This document shows, one piece after another, positions 18,993 through 28,705 of a stretch of 64,000 nucleotides of DNA; the first letter of the stretch is position 1; each line of letters starts with the position of its first letter. The notes beneath the pieces were generated by a model. That model was given only the letters and a program-made list of their open reading frames with translations. It ran no database searches and was not told the DNA's origin. The stretch is from Shigella phage KRT47. The position numbers were made by a program, and so were the translations under genes. The stretch is from sequence record MN781580; one strand, written 5' to 3'.

Positions 18993-19285
18993 TATTCACC
19001 TACCACTTCAGCGATGATATTTTTGTTATTAAAGTTTTTATCGCAATACAGAACATAATTATACTGCATTACACCACCAGACTTAAGTTGTTTTTGCACT
19101 TCAGCTTTCATTTCAGGACGATCGCGCTCAACGATATTCATAATATCCGCTTCAATTTGAGTTTCAACTTCAGTCTGATCCGCAGTCATAGACCATTCAC
19201 ACAAATCTTTATCATAACCTGCCATAGCAGGCTGAGCAGCACAAGAAGCTAAAGCAAAAATTGTGGCAAAGATAAATTTTTTCAT
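18992..19285 (-). CDS. sp: Periplasmic Spackle-like protein, 97 aa
   Basis: Signal peptide MKKFIFATIFALASCAAQPAMA; size and position match T4 sp as recalled. Confidence 0.65.
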   Translation of the reverse strand: MKKFIFATIFALASCAAQPAMAGYDKDLCEWSMTADQTEVETQIEADIMNIVERDRPEMKAEVQKQLKSGGVMQYNYVLYCDKNFNNKNIIAEVVGE

Positions 19286-19345
19286 GATAATCTCCTCAGT
19301 AGTTTATGTTTATATAGTATCTCAATTTCCAACAAAAGTAAACAG

Positions 19346-19642
19346 TTATTTTAAAACTTCTGCGTAATCACATGTTACAAACTGTTTCTCTAGCTTGACG
19401 ATTTTACGAAAGTATCTTTTGCATTGGCGAATCTGTCGCTTCGTAGGACGTACAGCAAACTTAATAAATTCCACTCGACCAAATGGAGGACTTTCTTCTG
19501 CTGGAATATCTAACACCAATTCCCACGTATCTGCAATAAGTGCTTTGAATTGAGTATTTTTCCTGATGTTATACGGTGTAGGTTTAAATAAAACAATATG
19601 CATATTATCCTCGGCAATCCACTTCACATACTTTCTTGTCAT
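19346..19642 (-). CDS. Hypothetical protein, 98 aa
   Basis: ATG at 19640-19642 (track starts at TTG one codon upstream). Confidence 0.5.
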   Translation of the reverse strand: MTRKYVKWIAEDNMHIVLFKPTPYNIRKNTQFKALIADTWELVLDIPAEESPPFGRVEFIKFAVRPTKRQIRQCKRYFRKIVKLEKQFVTCDYAEVLK

Positions 19643-19787
19643 CAATGAAAGCTTTAACTAATGCTTTATTAACTTCAGCATATTGAGTAGTAGCCCATTG
19701 AACGTCATCTTTCATCATTGTGATTTCTTTAGTAAACATGCTTTCATTCTTAAACCACCCCATAAAAACTACCTTTACCAATTCCAT
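19605..19787 (-). CDS. dmd: Dmd-like small protein, 60 aa
   Basis: MELVKVVFMGWFKNESMF... recalled as T4 Dmd; strong SD; first gene after an early promoter. Confidence 0.6.
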   Translation of the reverse strand: MELVKVVFMGWFKNESMFTKEITMMKDDVQWATTQYAEVNKALVKAFIDDKKVCEVDCRG

Positions 19788-19816
19788 AACAATCTCCTCA
19801 TTTAACCAACAAGACT

Positions 19817-19846
19817 ACTATACCATAGTCTTGTCAGCTTGTAAAC
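19817..19846 (-). promoter_or_regulatory. Early promoter (-35 GTTTAC, -10 TATAGT)
   Basis: Minus-strand GTTTAC at 19841-19846 overlapping the gene 41 stop. Confidence 0.5.
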
Positions 19847-21273
19847 TAAAATTTTAATTCATTTGCCAAAGCATCTAACTGAGCTCGAGTGGATTCATTT
19901 CTTTGATAGCGATTCTGCTCAGCCTGAATCTGTTGTGAACCTGCTACTTCGTTCACTTCAGTTGGAGTAGAATCTTGTTCAATTTCTACCCATTTCTGAT
20001 TTCCCTTTTGAACACCCATCAAAAACTTATTCCACTTATTCTTATCGCCATATCGTGATTTGATTTGCTTAATGAGTTGTTGTTCAGCAGCTGCTAGCTC
20101 CTCGGTTTCAATGACCGCAAGCATAAAATCAGCTGTTGCTGGAAGACCAGCAGATTCTGCAATATCGCTCATGTTAACATCGGAAGAGTCCCAAGCTTGT
20201 TTACCGACCTGTGCTGCAGTCCAAAGAACAGTTTCGGTTTCAACAGCCAGAGCACGCAATTCCTCTGCAATAGCTTTAACAGTTGTGTAACTATTTTCTG
20301 AATAAACTCTGATGCGGCAAGATTTACAAATACCTAGATAGTCGACAATAATGATTGTTGGAACAAAATTCTTCTTGAGCTTCAATTCATTCAAGAGAGA
20401 CCTGAATGTGTTAGCGTCTGCTCCACCAGTAGGATACTGTTTAACGATTAAACGACCAAGGGTAGATTTCTCACGCCATTTTTCCATTTTTCCTTTATAT
20501 TCAGCGTAAGAAATATGCCCATCATCAATGTCATCAAGAGAAACATCAAGCATGTTAGCGTCAATACGCTTAGCACAGACTTCTTCTGCCATTTCCATGG
20601 AAATGTAAAGAACATTATGTCCGAGCTGTAAATAATCTGCTGCTAATGAACACAGACCTAATGATTTACCAACGTTAACGCCAGCCATTAAAACGTTCAG
20701 TGTTCCAGTCTCAGCTCCGCCTTTAGTAATTTTGTTTAGAATTCTGAGTTTAAATGGAACTTTACGAGCTTTATTCATATAAGATAGCCAACGTGCTTCA
20801 TAGTCATCCATCCAATCATGACCAACGTAACTATCAAATGAAATAGATAATGCTTGCCGCATGATGTCAGGAATAGCACCAACATCCGGCATTTTCTTAT
20901 TTCGTTTTTCCGGAGGAAGCTCAGCATTAGTTTGAATTTCGATTATTTTAGACGTAGCATTAAACATCGCCCTTTGCTGAACATATTTTTCTGTTTCTTT
21001 TACTAACCAGCTGTGGTCTTCTGGAGAATCAGCCAGTTTTGAAATAAGTGTTTTTACACCAGAATATTCTGTTTCAGTAAATGAACTATTTTCTAATGCA
21101 ACATTTAACGCATTAATAGATGGAACGCTATGATACTCATTGACATGAGATTTAATTAATTTGAATGTATTTTTAGCTGGACCACTTTCAAAATATTCTG
21201 AATCCATATATGGCCAAACTTTTGAAAAATAAGCTTGATCAAATATAAGATGAGAAAGAATAATTTCTACCAC
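19846..21273 (-). CDS. 41: Replicative DNA helicase (DnaB-like), 475 aa, GTG start
   Basis: Walker A GVNVGKS and RecA-like core; AAGGAG SD 4 nt before GTG at 21271-21273. Confidence 0.9.
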   Translation of the reverse strand: MVEIILSHLIFDQAYFSKVWPYMDSEYFESGPAKNTFKLIKSHVNEYHSVPSINALNVALENSSFTETEYSGVKTLISKLADSPEDHSWLVKETEKYVQQRAMFNATSKIIEIQTNAELPPEKRNKKMPDVGAIPDIMRQALSISFDSYVGHDWMDDYEARWLSYMNKARKVPFKLRILNKITKGGAETGTLNVLMAGVNVGKSLGLCSLAADYLQLGHNVLYISMEMAEEVCAKRIDANMLDVSLDDIDDGHISYAEYKGKMEKWREKSTLGRLIVKQYPTGGADANTFRSLLNELKLKKNFVPTIIIVDYLGICKSCRIRVYSENSYTTVKAIAEELRALAVETETVLWTAAQVGKQAWDSSDVNMSDIAESAGLPATADFMLAVIETEELAAAEQQLIKQIKSRYGDKNKWNKFLMGVQKGNQKWVEIEQDSTPTEVNEVAGSQQIQAEQNRYQRNESTRAQLDALANELKF

Positions 21274-21282
21274 ACTTACTCC

Positions 21283-21627
21283 TTAAAAGAATTTAAACTT
21301 TTTCTTTGACCTTTTATTAAATGCATCTTGTAGTTGCATTGTAATACATTTTTCTACATGAGGAGCTAACTCAGCTTTTCTTTCTTGGTCAAGAACAGCA
21401 AAGTCCATTACAACCTTTCCATCAACCCAATCCAGTTTAGTTACATACACTATATGTGTAGAACCATCTTCTAGTTTAATGACAATCTCCTGGATAACAT
21501 TTTCCATGGCAGATTTAATTATCTTAAGAGACTCGTTAAAAAGACGTTCTTTTCTTTCTTCTTCCCCCTCCGAAGAGGGGGATTCATCGATAATTTCTAG
21601 ATCTAAATCTAAATCATCTTTATTCAT
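21283..21627 (-). CDS. 40: Hypothetical protein, about 114 aa (gene 40 position)
   Basis: ATG at 21625-21627 overlapping the uvsX stop; identity by synteny only. Confidence 0.5.
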   Translation of the reverse strand: MNKDDLDLDLEIIDESPSSEGEEERKERLFNESLKIIKSAMENVIQEIVIKLEDGSTHIVYVTKLDWVDGKVVMDFAVLDQERKAELAPHVEKCITMQLQDAFNKRSKKKFKFF

Positions 21628-22801
21628 TAAATTCTTCCATATCACTTAACTGTTCGAGGTCAGTTTCTAAATCAGCTGCTGATTTACTTTTACTTTCTGG
21701 AGATTTAAATTTTTCAACCTTTGAGTTAATCAATTCATCAACTTCAGCTTCAACAATTTCATTACTATCAATAGCACCTAACTGATAAGCACGTTTAATA
21801 GCATCTCGGAATGGTTGATGCTTAAATAAAGGACCCCAGAATGTAGTGCAGTTGGTATCTTTTGCACGCCAAGATTTTTCTTCGCGAATCATCTCGCCGG
21901 TTTCTTCGTCAAGAAATTCACGAGCATACCAGCCATTTTTAGGTTTTACTACAAATCCTAATTCTAGAGCCATATCTAACAATCCAGAATAAGGATCGAT
22001 ACCACCGTCAAATTTAACATCAATAAAGAATTTACTTTTTTCTTTAACGGTACGAGATTTTTCTACATTTAGAACAAATTGATACCCCTGAAGATCAGAA
22101 CCATCTTTAATCTGGCGTTTACCGATAATGAATACAGTATCAGCCGAATACATTACGCCTGTACCACCTGTCATCACGGTTTTACTAAACATTTCAATTG
22201 TTTCAATTGTATGGTTAACCGCAACACATGGAATATTTTTAATGCTAAAATAAGGAGTAACAATACGGAATAATGACTTCAGTGATTTAGCACGAGTCAT
22301 ATCTGCCACAGATTTTTCATTCAAGGCATCTTCCGTTTCTTTCTTAGAAGCCATATTACCGATTGAGTCGATGAATACAATAACCTTTTCACCACGCTCA
22401 ATAGCTTCAAGCTGATTCACCATATCAATTTTCAGCTGTTCAACTGACTGGATTGGCGTATGAATTACTCGTTCCGGGTCAACTCCCATGGATCGCAAAT
22501 AAGCTGGAGTAATACCAAATTCGCTATCATAGAATAGACAAACCGCGTCAGGATATTTGTTCAAATACGCCGCAACCATAGTCAAAGACATATTTGATTT
22601 AAAGTGTTTAGAAGGACCTGCAAAAATAGTTAAACCAGACTGCATGCCGCCATCAATCGCACCAGAAATAGCAATATTAAGCATTGGAATTTTTGTACGA
22701 ATTACATCCTTTTCATTAAAGAATTTAGATGTAGTCAGTTCAGCAGTCATTTTAGAAGTGGAAGCTTTAATCAAACGGGATTTTAAATCTGCAATAGACA
22801 T
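21620..22801 (-). CDS. uvsX: UvsX recombinase (RecA-like), 393 aa
   Basis: N-terminus close to T4 UvsX as recalled; Walker A GPSKHFKS. Confidence 0.9.
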   Translation of the reverse strand: MSIADLKSRLIKASTSKMTAELTTSKFFNEKDVIRTKIPMLNIAISGAIDGGMQSGLTIFAGPSKHFKSNMSLTMVAAYLNKYPDAVCLFYDSEFGITPAYLRSMGVDPERVIHTPIQSVEQLKIDMVNQLEAIERGEKVIVFIDSIGNMASKKETEDALNEKSVADMTRAKSLKSLFRIVTPYFSIKNIPCVAVNHTIETIEMFSKTVMTGGTGVMYSADTVFIIGKRQIKDGSDLQGYQFVLNVEKSRTVKEKSKFFIDVKFDGGIDPYSGLLDMALELGFVVKPKNGWYAREFLDEETGEMIREEKSWRAKDTNCTTFWGPLFKHQPFRDAIKRAYQLGAIDSNEIVEAEVDELINSKVEKFKSPESKSKSAADLETDLEQLSDMEEFNE

Positions 22802-22878
22802 TCATTTTTTCCATAGGCATCATTATATTTTCCTCACTGGTTAAAGATAGAGTAATTATAACACAATAAATTTAGGCA

Positions 22879-23721
22879 TTAATCAACTGCTATTGGATGA
22901 ATAGCATTAAACTTATGAAATGCTTCTGATTTTTCTTTACGCGAAACACACATGCGAAGAACCTTTAGTGGTTCATCTTCTTCACCCAACGATTTTCGTT
23001 TTTCAATATTAGAAGTTTTCCAACGAGCTTGCTCTGGAAACTCTCTATTGATTTGCTCAAGCGCTCTATTATGTTTAGAATTACTGCGAATTGAACTGCA
23101 CCCGCCAGGAGCTTGTGCTTTTCCAGATACAACCAGATATTTGAACAAGGCCAAATGCGGATAACCTTGATTAATTAAATTGAGAAATGCATACATATCT
23201 TCGCATAAATCAATTTTTCCATACCCAATTTGTTCTGTCGTAAGTTTTCCAAGGTCATACCATGTATTCGTGAATCCATATGAATTTTCACGATAATTAC
23301 CCCAAGATGAAGTAATTTTAAAAATAGGTAGACGAGCATGGCCATGATAATACCCACAATCCATGGCATCCTCAACATATTGAATCAATTCATAGAACTG
23401 TTCACGAGTCAATTGATTGACTTTATCCACACAACGACGATCATCTCTTTTTCGCATTGAACTCATACGAATAGTAGTATCATCGTCAATCATCCAGATT
23501 CGTTGACCTGCATACATATCAGTAATTGCTTTACGAGTACCAGCAATTCCATTTACATCATCAGGAATAGTTATAATTTTAGCTCTAGACCCATAGGCAT
23601 CATAATAAGCTTTTTCTTCATGTTCACGCACTACAATATGGGGTTCATAATCAGTCGGAAACATATCAAGGGCAGAAACTGCCCCGACACGCTGATAACT
23701 TGGAATTACGAATTGAATCAT
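22879..23721 (-). CDS. GT-A glycosyltransferase, 280 aa; likely HMC-glucose glucosyltransferase of the T2/T6 beta-alpha type
   Basis: DxD-type motif IDDDTTI; occupies the locus where T4 has the 351-aa beta-gt; ATGA overlap with gene 42. Confidence 0.55.
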   Translation of the reverse strand: MIQFVIPSYQRVGAVSALDMFPTDYEPHIVVREHEEKAYYDAYGSRAKIITIPDDVNGIAGTRKAITDMYAGQRIWMIDDDTTIRMSSMRKRDDRRCVDKVNQLTREQFYELIQYVEDAMDCGYYHGHARLPIFKITSSWGNYRENSYGFTNTWYDLGKLTTEQIGYGKIDLCEDMYAFLNLINQGYPHLALFKYLVVSGKAQAPGGCSSIRSNSKHNRALEQINREFPEQARWKTSNIEKRKSLGEEDEPLKVLRMCVSRKEKSEAFHKFNAIHPIAVD

Positions 23722-24458
23722 TTCCACTCACCTTTATAGTCTTTTTTCACAATATGAGTTTCGCCAGTATTCCACCAATGATCAACCAAGTAAAAATGAC
23801 GAGAATATACATGAAGACTTCCAACATTCCATATAATAGAACCTGCTTTATACTGACGAGTTGAATCGCCTGCATTCAAATCAGATACTAATTTATCTAA
23901 TACGTATTTTTGCCATGCATAATCATTACGGAATCCGAAGACCACGTCATTTGAGCGCATGCTTACTACTGCATTGACTTTCTTATCACGAATCAGGTAC
24001 TGTACTGTATTAGTACACATGAAATCTGACATACCATCTTTATTGTAGTCAAATTGCATGGATGGACGAGTATAAATCATGATACCACGTCGAGAATCAG
24101 GATTTTGACCAAGTTCAGCTAAACACATATCATACTGGGCATAGTTATCTTCTGACCAAATAGCCCAACCATAATTCGAGTTAATTTCGCCTTTAGAAGA
24201 TGCTACCTGCTGCCAAATCTTTGGTGTTTCGCCTGGAATATCTTTAACAAACAAGCTCTTAGATTTATACCATTCAAGTTCACGCTGAATGTATTCATCA
24301 TTAAGAGCGCCAAAAATAAAGGGTTCATCTGCTACAAATGATGCGCCAATAATTTCAATAGTTTTAACGCCAGTTTTATCAACTACGAAATCTTTTTCCT
24401 TTAATGCAGTTCCCAAATAAAAACGGATTTCTTCAACTGTCATAGAGTCATTAATCAT
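23718..24458 (-). CDS. 42: dCMP hydroxymethylase, 246 aa
   Basis: Length and sequence consistent with T4 gp42; ATG at 24456-24458 with GAGGT SD. Confidence 0.85.
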   Translation of the reverse strand: MINDSMTVEEIRFYLGTALKEKDFVVDKTGVKTIEIIGASFVADEPFIFGALNDEYIQRELEWYKSKSLFVKDIPGETPKIWQQVASSKGEINSNYGWAIWSEDNYAQYDMCLAELGQNPDSRRGIMIYTRPSMQFDYNKDGMSDFMCTNTVQYLIRDKKVNAVVSMRSNDVVFGFRNDYAWQKYVLDKLVSDLNAGDSTRQYKAGSIIWNVGSLHVYSRHFYLVDHWWNTGETHIVKKDYKGEWK

Positions 24459-24465
24459 TTAAACC

Positions 24466-24615
24466 TCAATTGATACATTCATATTTAACTTGTAACAGTA
24501 ATAAACCCCAACCTAAAATAATAGTCGGAATCATAAGAGGAACCGTTACACTATAGTATATACTTATTATAATCATCAAGATTAAAAGCAACACTTCTAT
24601 AATTTTGCTTTTCAT
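24466..24615 (-). CDS. Small membrane peptide, 49 aa (not in ORF track)
   Basis: Hand-translated MKSKIIEVLLLILMIIISIYY...; ATGA overlap with imm stop. Confidence 0.4.
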   Translation of the reverse strand: MKSKIIEVLLLILMIIISIYYSVTVPLMIPTIILGWGLLLLQVKYECIN

Positions 24616-24863
24616 TCCTTCTCTCTGATGATAATTACTTGATTTGGCTGTGCAGACTTTTTAGTTTCACCCGCAATTGACCAAATAAATGTAATAAACC
24701 AACCAATAATTGACCAGTTAAACAGCAAAGACGTGAAAAAGATTCCTACTGTCGATTTTGACCCACGCATCAAGGCGATAAACCATGGAAGCATGTATAT
24801 AATAATAGCCAACACACCTGAAACTAAAACCATAAAAATTGAACCTGCTACTAAAGTTTCCAT
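24612..24863 (-). CDS. imm: Immunity (superinfection exclusion) membrane protein, 83 aa
   Basis: Two hydrophobic helices; 83 aa at the T4 imm position. Confidence 0.65.
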   Translation of the reverse strand: METLVAGSIFMVLVSGVLAIIIYMLPWFIALMRGSKSTVGIFFTSLLFNWSIIGWFITFIWSIAGETKKSAQPNQVIIIREKE

Positions 24864-24870
24864 GTTTTCC

Positions 24871-25251
24871 TCACTTAGTCAAATTTTTTACGCATGAATT
24901 ATAAGAATTCACTACATACTCCATCGGAGCATTTTTACCGGTACGCCATTGGTAATTATTAGCCCAATTTGCCCAAAGCTCGGCGCAGTAGTTTTCAATT
25001 TTTTCTTCGCGTGTAATTACATCCGAATTACGATATGCTTGAGCAGATTCATCTGGACGAATAGCTTCGTCAAAATTTGCCTGCATTTGTTCTACTGTTT
25101 TCTTTGGAGCTTCTTTATAACACTTGACATTAGGATTATAAAACTTGCTTGAACAGTTTACAATTTTTCCTACATCAGACTGATTTACTACCGGTCCTTG
25201 AGCCACACAACCAGTAAGACCTAATGCAATAACCAAAATAGCGATTTTCAT
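24871..25251 (-). CDS. Putative lipoprotein, 126 aa
   Basis: Signal peptide with lipobox LTGC. Confidence 0.55.
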   Translation of the reverse strand: MKIAILVIALGLTGCVAQGPVVNQSDVGKIVNCSSKFYNPNVKCYKEAPKKTVEQMQANFDEAIRPDESAQAYRNSDVITREEKIENYCAELWANWANNYQWRTGKNAPMEYVVNSYNSCVKNLTK

Positions 25252-25261
25252 AATAATTTCC

Positions 25262-25498
25262 TCAAATGCAAGTAGTAATTACTCCAGTAGTGCTTATGCA
25301 GGTATTACCCATTTGCACACCTAAAGATCCATTTGTATTCACATGAAGATTATCATCAATTTTAACTGATATTTTACCATTAGTGTGAATAACGGTGCTA
25401 GATTTAATCACAGGTTGAGTATCATTTTCAACACTAATAAATGGAACTGCTACTAATGCAACTAAACAAACTGCTAAGCATCCCATAACAATTTTCAT
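25262..25498 (-). CDS. Small secreted or membrane protein, 78 aa
   Basis: ATG at 25496-25498 with GGAG SD; N-terminal hydrophobic signal. Confidence 0.5.
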   Translation of the reverse strand: MKIVMGCLAVCLVALVAVPFISVENDTQPVIKSSTVIHTNGKISVKIDDNLHVNTNGSLGVQMGNTCISTTGVITTCI

Positions 25499-25536
25499 TT
25501 TATTCTCCAAATCTGTATCAGTAGTTGATAGTTGTA

Positions 25537-25566
25537 TAGTACCACAGAAGAACAGTCTTGTAAACA
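25537..25566 (-). promoter_or_regulatory. Early promoter (-35 GTTTAC, -10 TACTAT) inside a repeated promoter cassette
   Basis: Minus-strand GTTTAC at 25561-25566, 18-nt spacer. Confidence 0.5.
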
Positions 25567-25652
25567 GTTTTGTGAAAATTTTTTTAGGGAATTCTAAAGG
25601 TCCAGAATCATCTGTTTTTCATAAGTATAGATTTATATTACTTGTATGAAAA

Positions 25653-25670
25653 AGGGACCCGGAGGTCCCT
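25653..25670 (-). terminator. GC stem-loop (UCCG loop) directly after gene 43
   Basis: Plus-strand agggacc-cgga-ggtccct. Confidence 0.5.
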
Positions 25671-25682
25671 AGATTTATTCTA

Positions 25683-28379
25683 TCAGCCAAACAGGAAGTC
25701 TAACGAAGCTTTTTCTTCATAGTCCATACCAGCCGATTCACACATGCCTGCAAGCGGTTTAACAAACGATTTTTGGAACAAAGTTGAGTAGTCAATCCAA
25801 GATAGTACATCAGAACGAATTTCTTTTGGAAGTTCTGTACCCGACGGCCAAGCAATGCACTTGTCGCCAAATGGATTTCCTTCACGTAATGGAAGAACCA
25901 TTACCTTATTTCCATCCAAAATTGGAGCTACACCCAGACCACTAACAGCTCGACGATAAGTTAGCACACCACGAATATGGAACGGGCATTTAAATCCTGG
26001 CCAACCTTTATCATCATATTTCGCTATATCGTTCGCAGTTTTTACTTCAGCAATAACTTTATAGTCAAGTTGACGATATTCTTTCTCGAAGTTCTTGTAA
26101 TATTCTTGGACAGACTCTTCACCTTCCTGAAGAATACGACGAATACTTTCTTCAAGAGCTTCTTGAACTGCTTTAGGCGTTGAACTTTGCTGAGTTTCCA
26201 TACCCATGATTTTTAGATGCGGTTCAGCAAAACGCTTATCTTCCATATCATATACGTTCAGAGCATAACGCTTTTTCGCTTTCCAAAATCCACCAACGCC
26301 CTTTGAACCAAGTGGAGGGCAAGAAATAGCTTCACGGTCCATATGCATCAGATGCTCGCGGTTATTCATATAATCACATAACTCACGATATGCAACATCA
26401 ATCATAGGTTCCATCTTTTTCTTACCGAACTGATTCATGAATTCAACTAAATCGTTCTGCTCTTTGAATCGGTCAAGACCAACTTTTTCAATAACTTTAT
26501 CTACACAAACATATACCGAATCAGTATCACCTGCTGCAATGAAATCTTCGCCATTAGTTCCGCACACTTTATTCAGATACTCATTAATTTTACGAGCAAT
26601 CCACTGAATACCAACTTGGCCGAAAATTGTGATAGCAGTAGCATTTCGCAAATCATAGTAACGGAAATGAATATTACCAAGAGCACCGTAAAGGCTGTTA
26701 ATAAGAATTTTACGGTTCAGCTGATTTGTATTAGCAAGTGTAGCCGCTTTTTCACATTCTTCAATCAAACTATTGAGAACAGATTCAGTATAATTCGATA
26801 GTTCATTTAAGAAATCATCACTGAACTTAACATATCGTTCAACTTCTGGTTTAGTTGAACAGGACCCTGCGCCTTTCATAATAATCTTTTTAATAGCTTC
26901 GGCATTCATTTCTTCAGCGAACATTTTCTTTTTCCAATCTTTACGCTGGAAAAATACTTTAGCGATTTCCTTTGGAATGATACCTTCTTGATGCTTATCA
27001 TACATCCATCCATTCGGAGAACAAGAATATTCATCACTCGGTTTAGGAGCTGTTCCTGCGATATATTCATGAATTGGATGAACTTTAAACTGCCCACGAA
27101 TAGTCTCAGGACTAATGTTAACCTGACGAATAATGCTCGGATACAGAGACGTCAAGTCAAAACTCATAATATATCGACGAGCAATTGGTTTAGGTTCAAA
27201 CACAAATGCACCCGGAAAACTCTGTTTAACGTGCGAACCTTGTTGAGGAATAACCTTGTGTTCACCTTTCAATGAGTTAAAAATAATAGCATCCCAAGTT
27301 TTAATAGGACTCATTACACCAGAAAAAGGCATTTTAGCGTAATAAGACATACTTAAAACTAGATCGATAAACCCGCGAATTTTATCAATTGCTTGAACTG
27401 ATTCTACGTCAATGATGTTATAACTAATGTATCGTTGATGATTAGTCTCACGAAGTTTATTAATAGGACCGTCGTATGGTAATTTACCTTTTTTGGTTTC
27501 ATGTTGAGCAACTGATTCCAAAGAGAATGACGGCAAATTAGTAAATGCGAATTTCTTATACAAATCTAAATAATCAAGAATAGATACGCCATCAATAGAA
27601 TAAATTTCTTTGCTACCGTACATATTTTGGATAAGTTTAGATTTTACTCGACCGATTGGAGAGAAGCGTTTCATACTACGTTCACCGAGAACCATTTTAA
27701 CGCGATTCATGATATACGGAACGTCAAATCCCTCAATATTCCAACCAGTAAAAATAGCAGGTCGTTTCTGTTCCCAGAGATTGATATATTCCATGAGCAT
27801 ATCACGCTCATTATCGAATGGCATATAAATTACTCGGTCAAGAATTTCTTGAGGAACTTCATCACCACCTTCACAGTCAAGCTTAGCAGCTAACTTTGCA
27901 TCCCATTTTGATACTGAACCATACATTGAATTCAAAAGGTCGAAAACATAAAAACGATCATCAATTGAATCGTAATGAGTGATAGCATCAATTTCATATT
28001 CAGCTTTCATTGGGTCAGGAAATTTATCACCAGTAACCTCAATGTCACAGTTAGCTACACGAACAAATTTTCGGTCATAAACAATTTCTGAACCGTATGT
28101 ATCACTGATATAAGCGAGTTTAAAATCGTTCATACCGAGAGCTTCGAGACCGATGTCTTCCATTCGTTTCATCCAATCTCGAGCATCTTTCATTGATGAA
28201 AATTTTTGAGGAGCGCAGTTTTTACCATAGATGTCTTTGTACTTTGACTCTTCCTTACAATGCCTAAACATAGTTGGAAGATATTCTACTTCACGAGTAC
28301 GTTCCTTTCCGTTTTCATCAATATAACGTTCAACAATGTTATTTCCGACTGTTTCAATAGAGATATAAAATTCTTTCAT
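25683..28379 (-). CDS. 43: DNA polymerase (family B) with 3'-5' exonuclease, 898 aa
   Basis: Exo and pol motifs (DTDS); 898 aa as T4 gp43. Confidence 0.95.
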   Translation of the reverse strand: MKEFYISIETVGNNIVERYIDENGKERTREVEYLPTMFRHCKEESKYKDIYGKNCAPQKFSSMKDARDWMKRMEDIGLEALGMNDFKLAYISDTYGSEIVYDRKFVRVANCDIEVTGDKFPDPMKAEYEIDAITHYDSIDDRFYVFDLLNSMYGSVSKWDAKLAAKLDCEGGDEVPQEILDRVIYMPFDNERDMLMEYINLWEQKRPAIFTGWNIEGFDVPYIMNRVKMVLGERSMKRFSPIGRVKSKLIQNMYGSKEIYSIDGVSILDYLDLYKKFAFTNLPSFSLESVAQHETKKGKLPYDGPINKLRETNHQRYISYNIIDVESVQAIDKIRGFIDLVLSMSYYAKMPFSGVMSPIKTWDAIIFNSLKGEHKVIPQQGSHVKQSFPGAFVFEPKPIARRYIMSFDLTSLYPSIIRQVNISPETIRGQFKVHPIHEYIAGTAPKPSDEYSCSPNGWMYDKHQEGIIPKEIAKVFFQRKDWKKKMFAEEMNAEAIKKIIMKGAGSCSTKPEVERYVKFSDDFLNELSNYTESVLNSLIEECEKAATLANTNQLNRKILINSLYGALGNIHFRYYDLRNATAITIFGQVGIQWIARKINEYLNKVCGTNGEDFIAAGDTDSVYVCVDKVIEKVGLDRFKEQNDLVEFMNQFGKKKMEPMIDVAYRELCDYMNNREHLMHMDREAISCPPLGSKGVGGFWKAKKRYALNVYDMEDKRFAEPHLKIMGMETQQSSTPKAVQEALEESIRRILQEGEESVQEYYKNFEKEYRQLDYKVIAEVKTANDIAKYDDKGWPGFKCPFHIRGVLTYRRAVSGLGVAPILDGNKVMVLPLREGNPFGDKCIAWPSGTELPKEIRSDVLSWIDYSTLFQKSFVKPLAGMCESAGMDYEEKASLDFLFG

Positions 28380-28397
28380 AGATATTCCTTAGTTTAT

Positions 28398-28415
28398 AGC
28401 CCGAGTTATTAGGCT
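28398..28415 (-). promoter_or_regulatory. Gene 43 translational operator hairpin (autoregulatory gp43 RNA site)
   Basis: Minus-strand RNA AGCCUAAUAACUCGGGCU just upstream of the SD (AAGGAA) and ATG of gene 43; matches the T4 operator as recalled. Confidence 0.7.
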
Positions 28416-28439
28416 CTTGATATATTATACTCCAAATAA

Positions 28440-28453
28440 GGGGCCGAAGCCCC
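28440..28453 (-). terminator. Stem-loop with UUCG tetraloop
   Basis: Plus-strand ggggc-cgaa-gcccc between regA and gene 43. Confidence 0.5.
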
Positions 28454-28705
28454 TTTGCTTTAAATTTCTATTGTACGACGCGATATAACGGACTTGCCAT
28501 CTTTATTTGTGGTTTTGATAATCGCATGAAATGCGCGTTGGCGTGGGTAAACTAATCGTTGGAATTCTTTTTGGAATTCTATTTGTTTATCTTCCGGGAG
28601 GTCAAAACCAGTTGAGTAGAAGACAGACCATATGTTTGTTTTAGATTTTCGAATATTAGAAAAGCTTCGGTAAACTGAATCTCTGATTGTGTCATATAAT
28701 TTACC

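Noticed and set aside
26616-27893. Plus-strand ORFs inside the DNA polymerase gene (and similar antisense ORFs inside genes 41, uvsX, 46, 47, nrdD)
   Set aside because: Embedded antisense in long, well-supported genes; no SD or promoter.
28449-28460. TTTGCTTT MotA-box-like sequence on the plus strand
   Set aside because: Wrong orientation for the minus-strand genes, and no plus-strand gene downstream.
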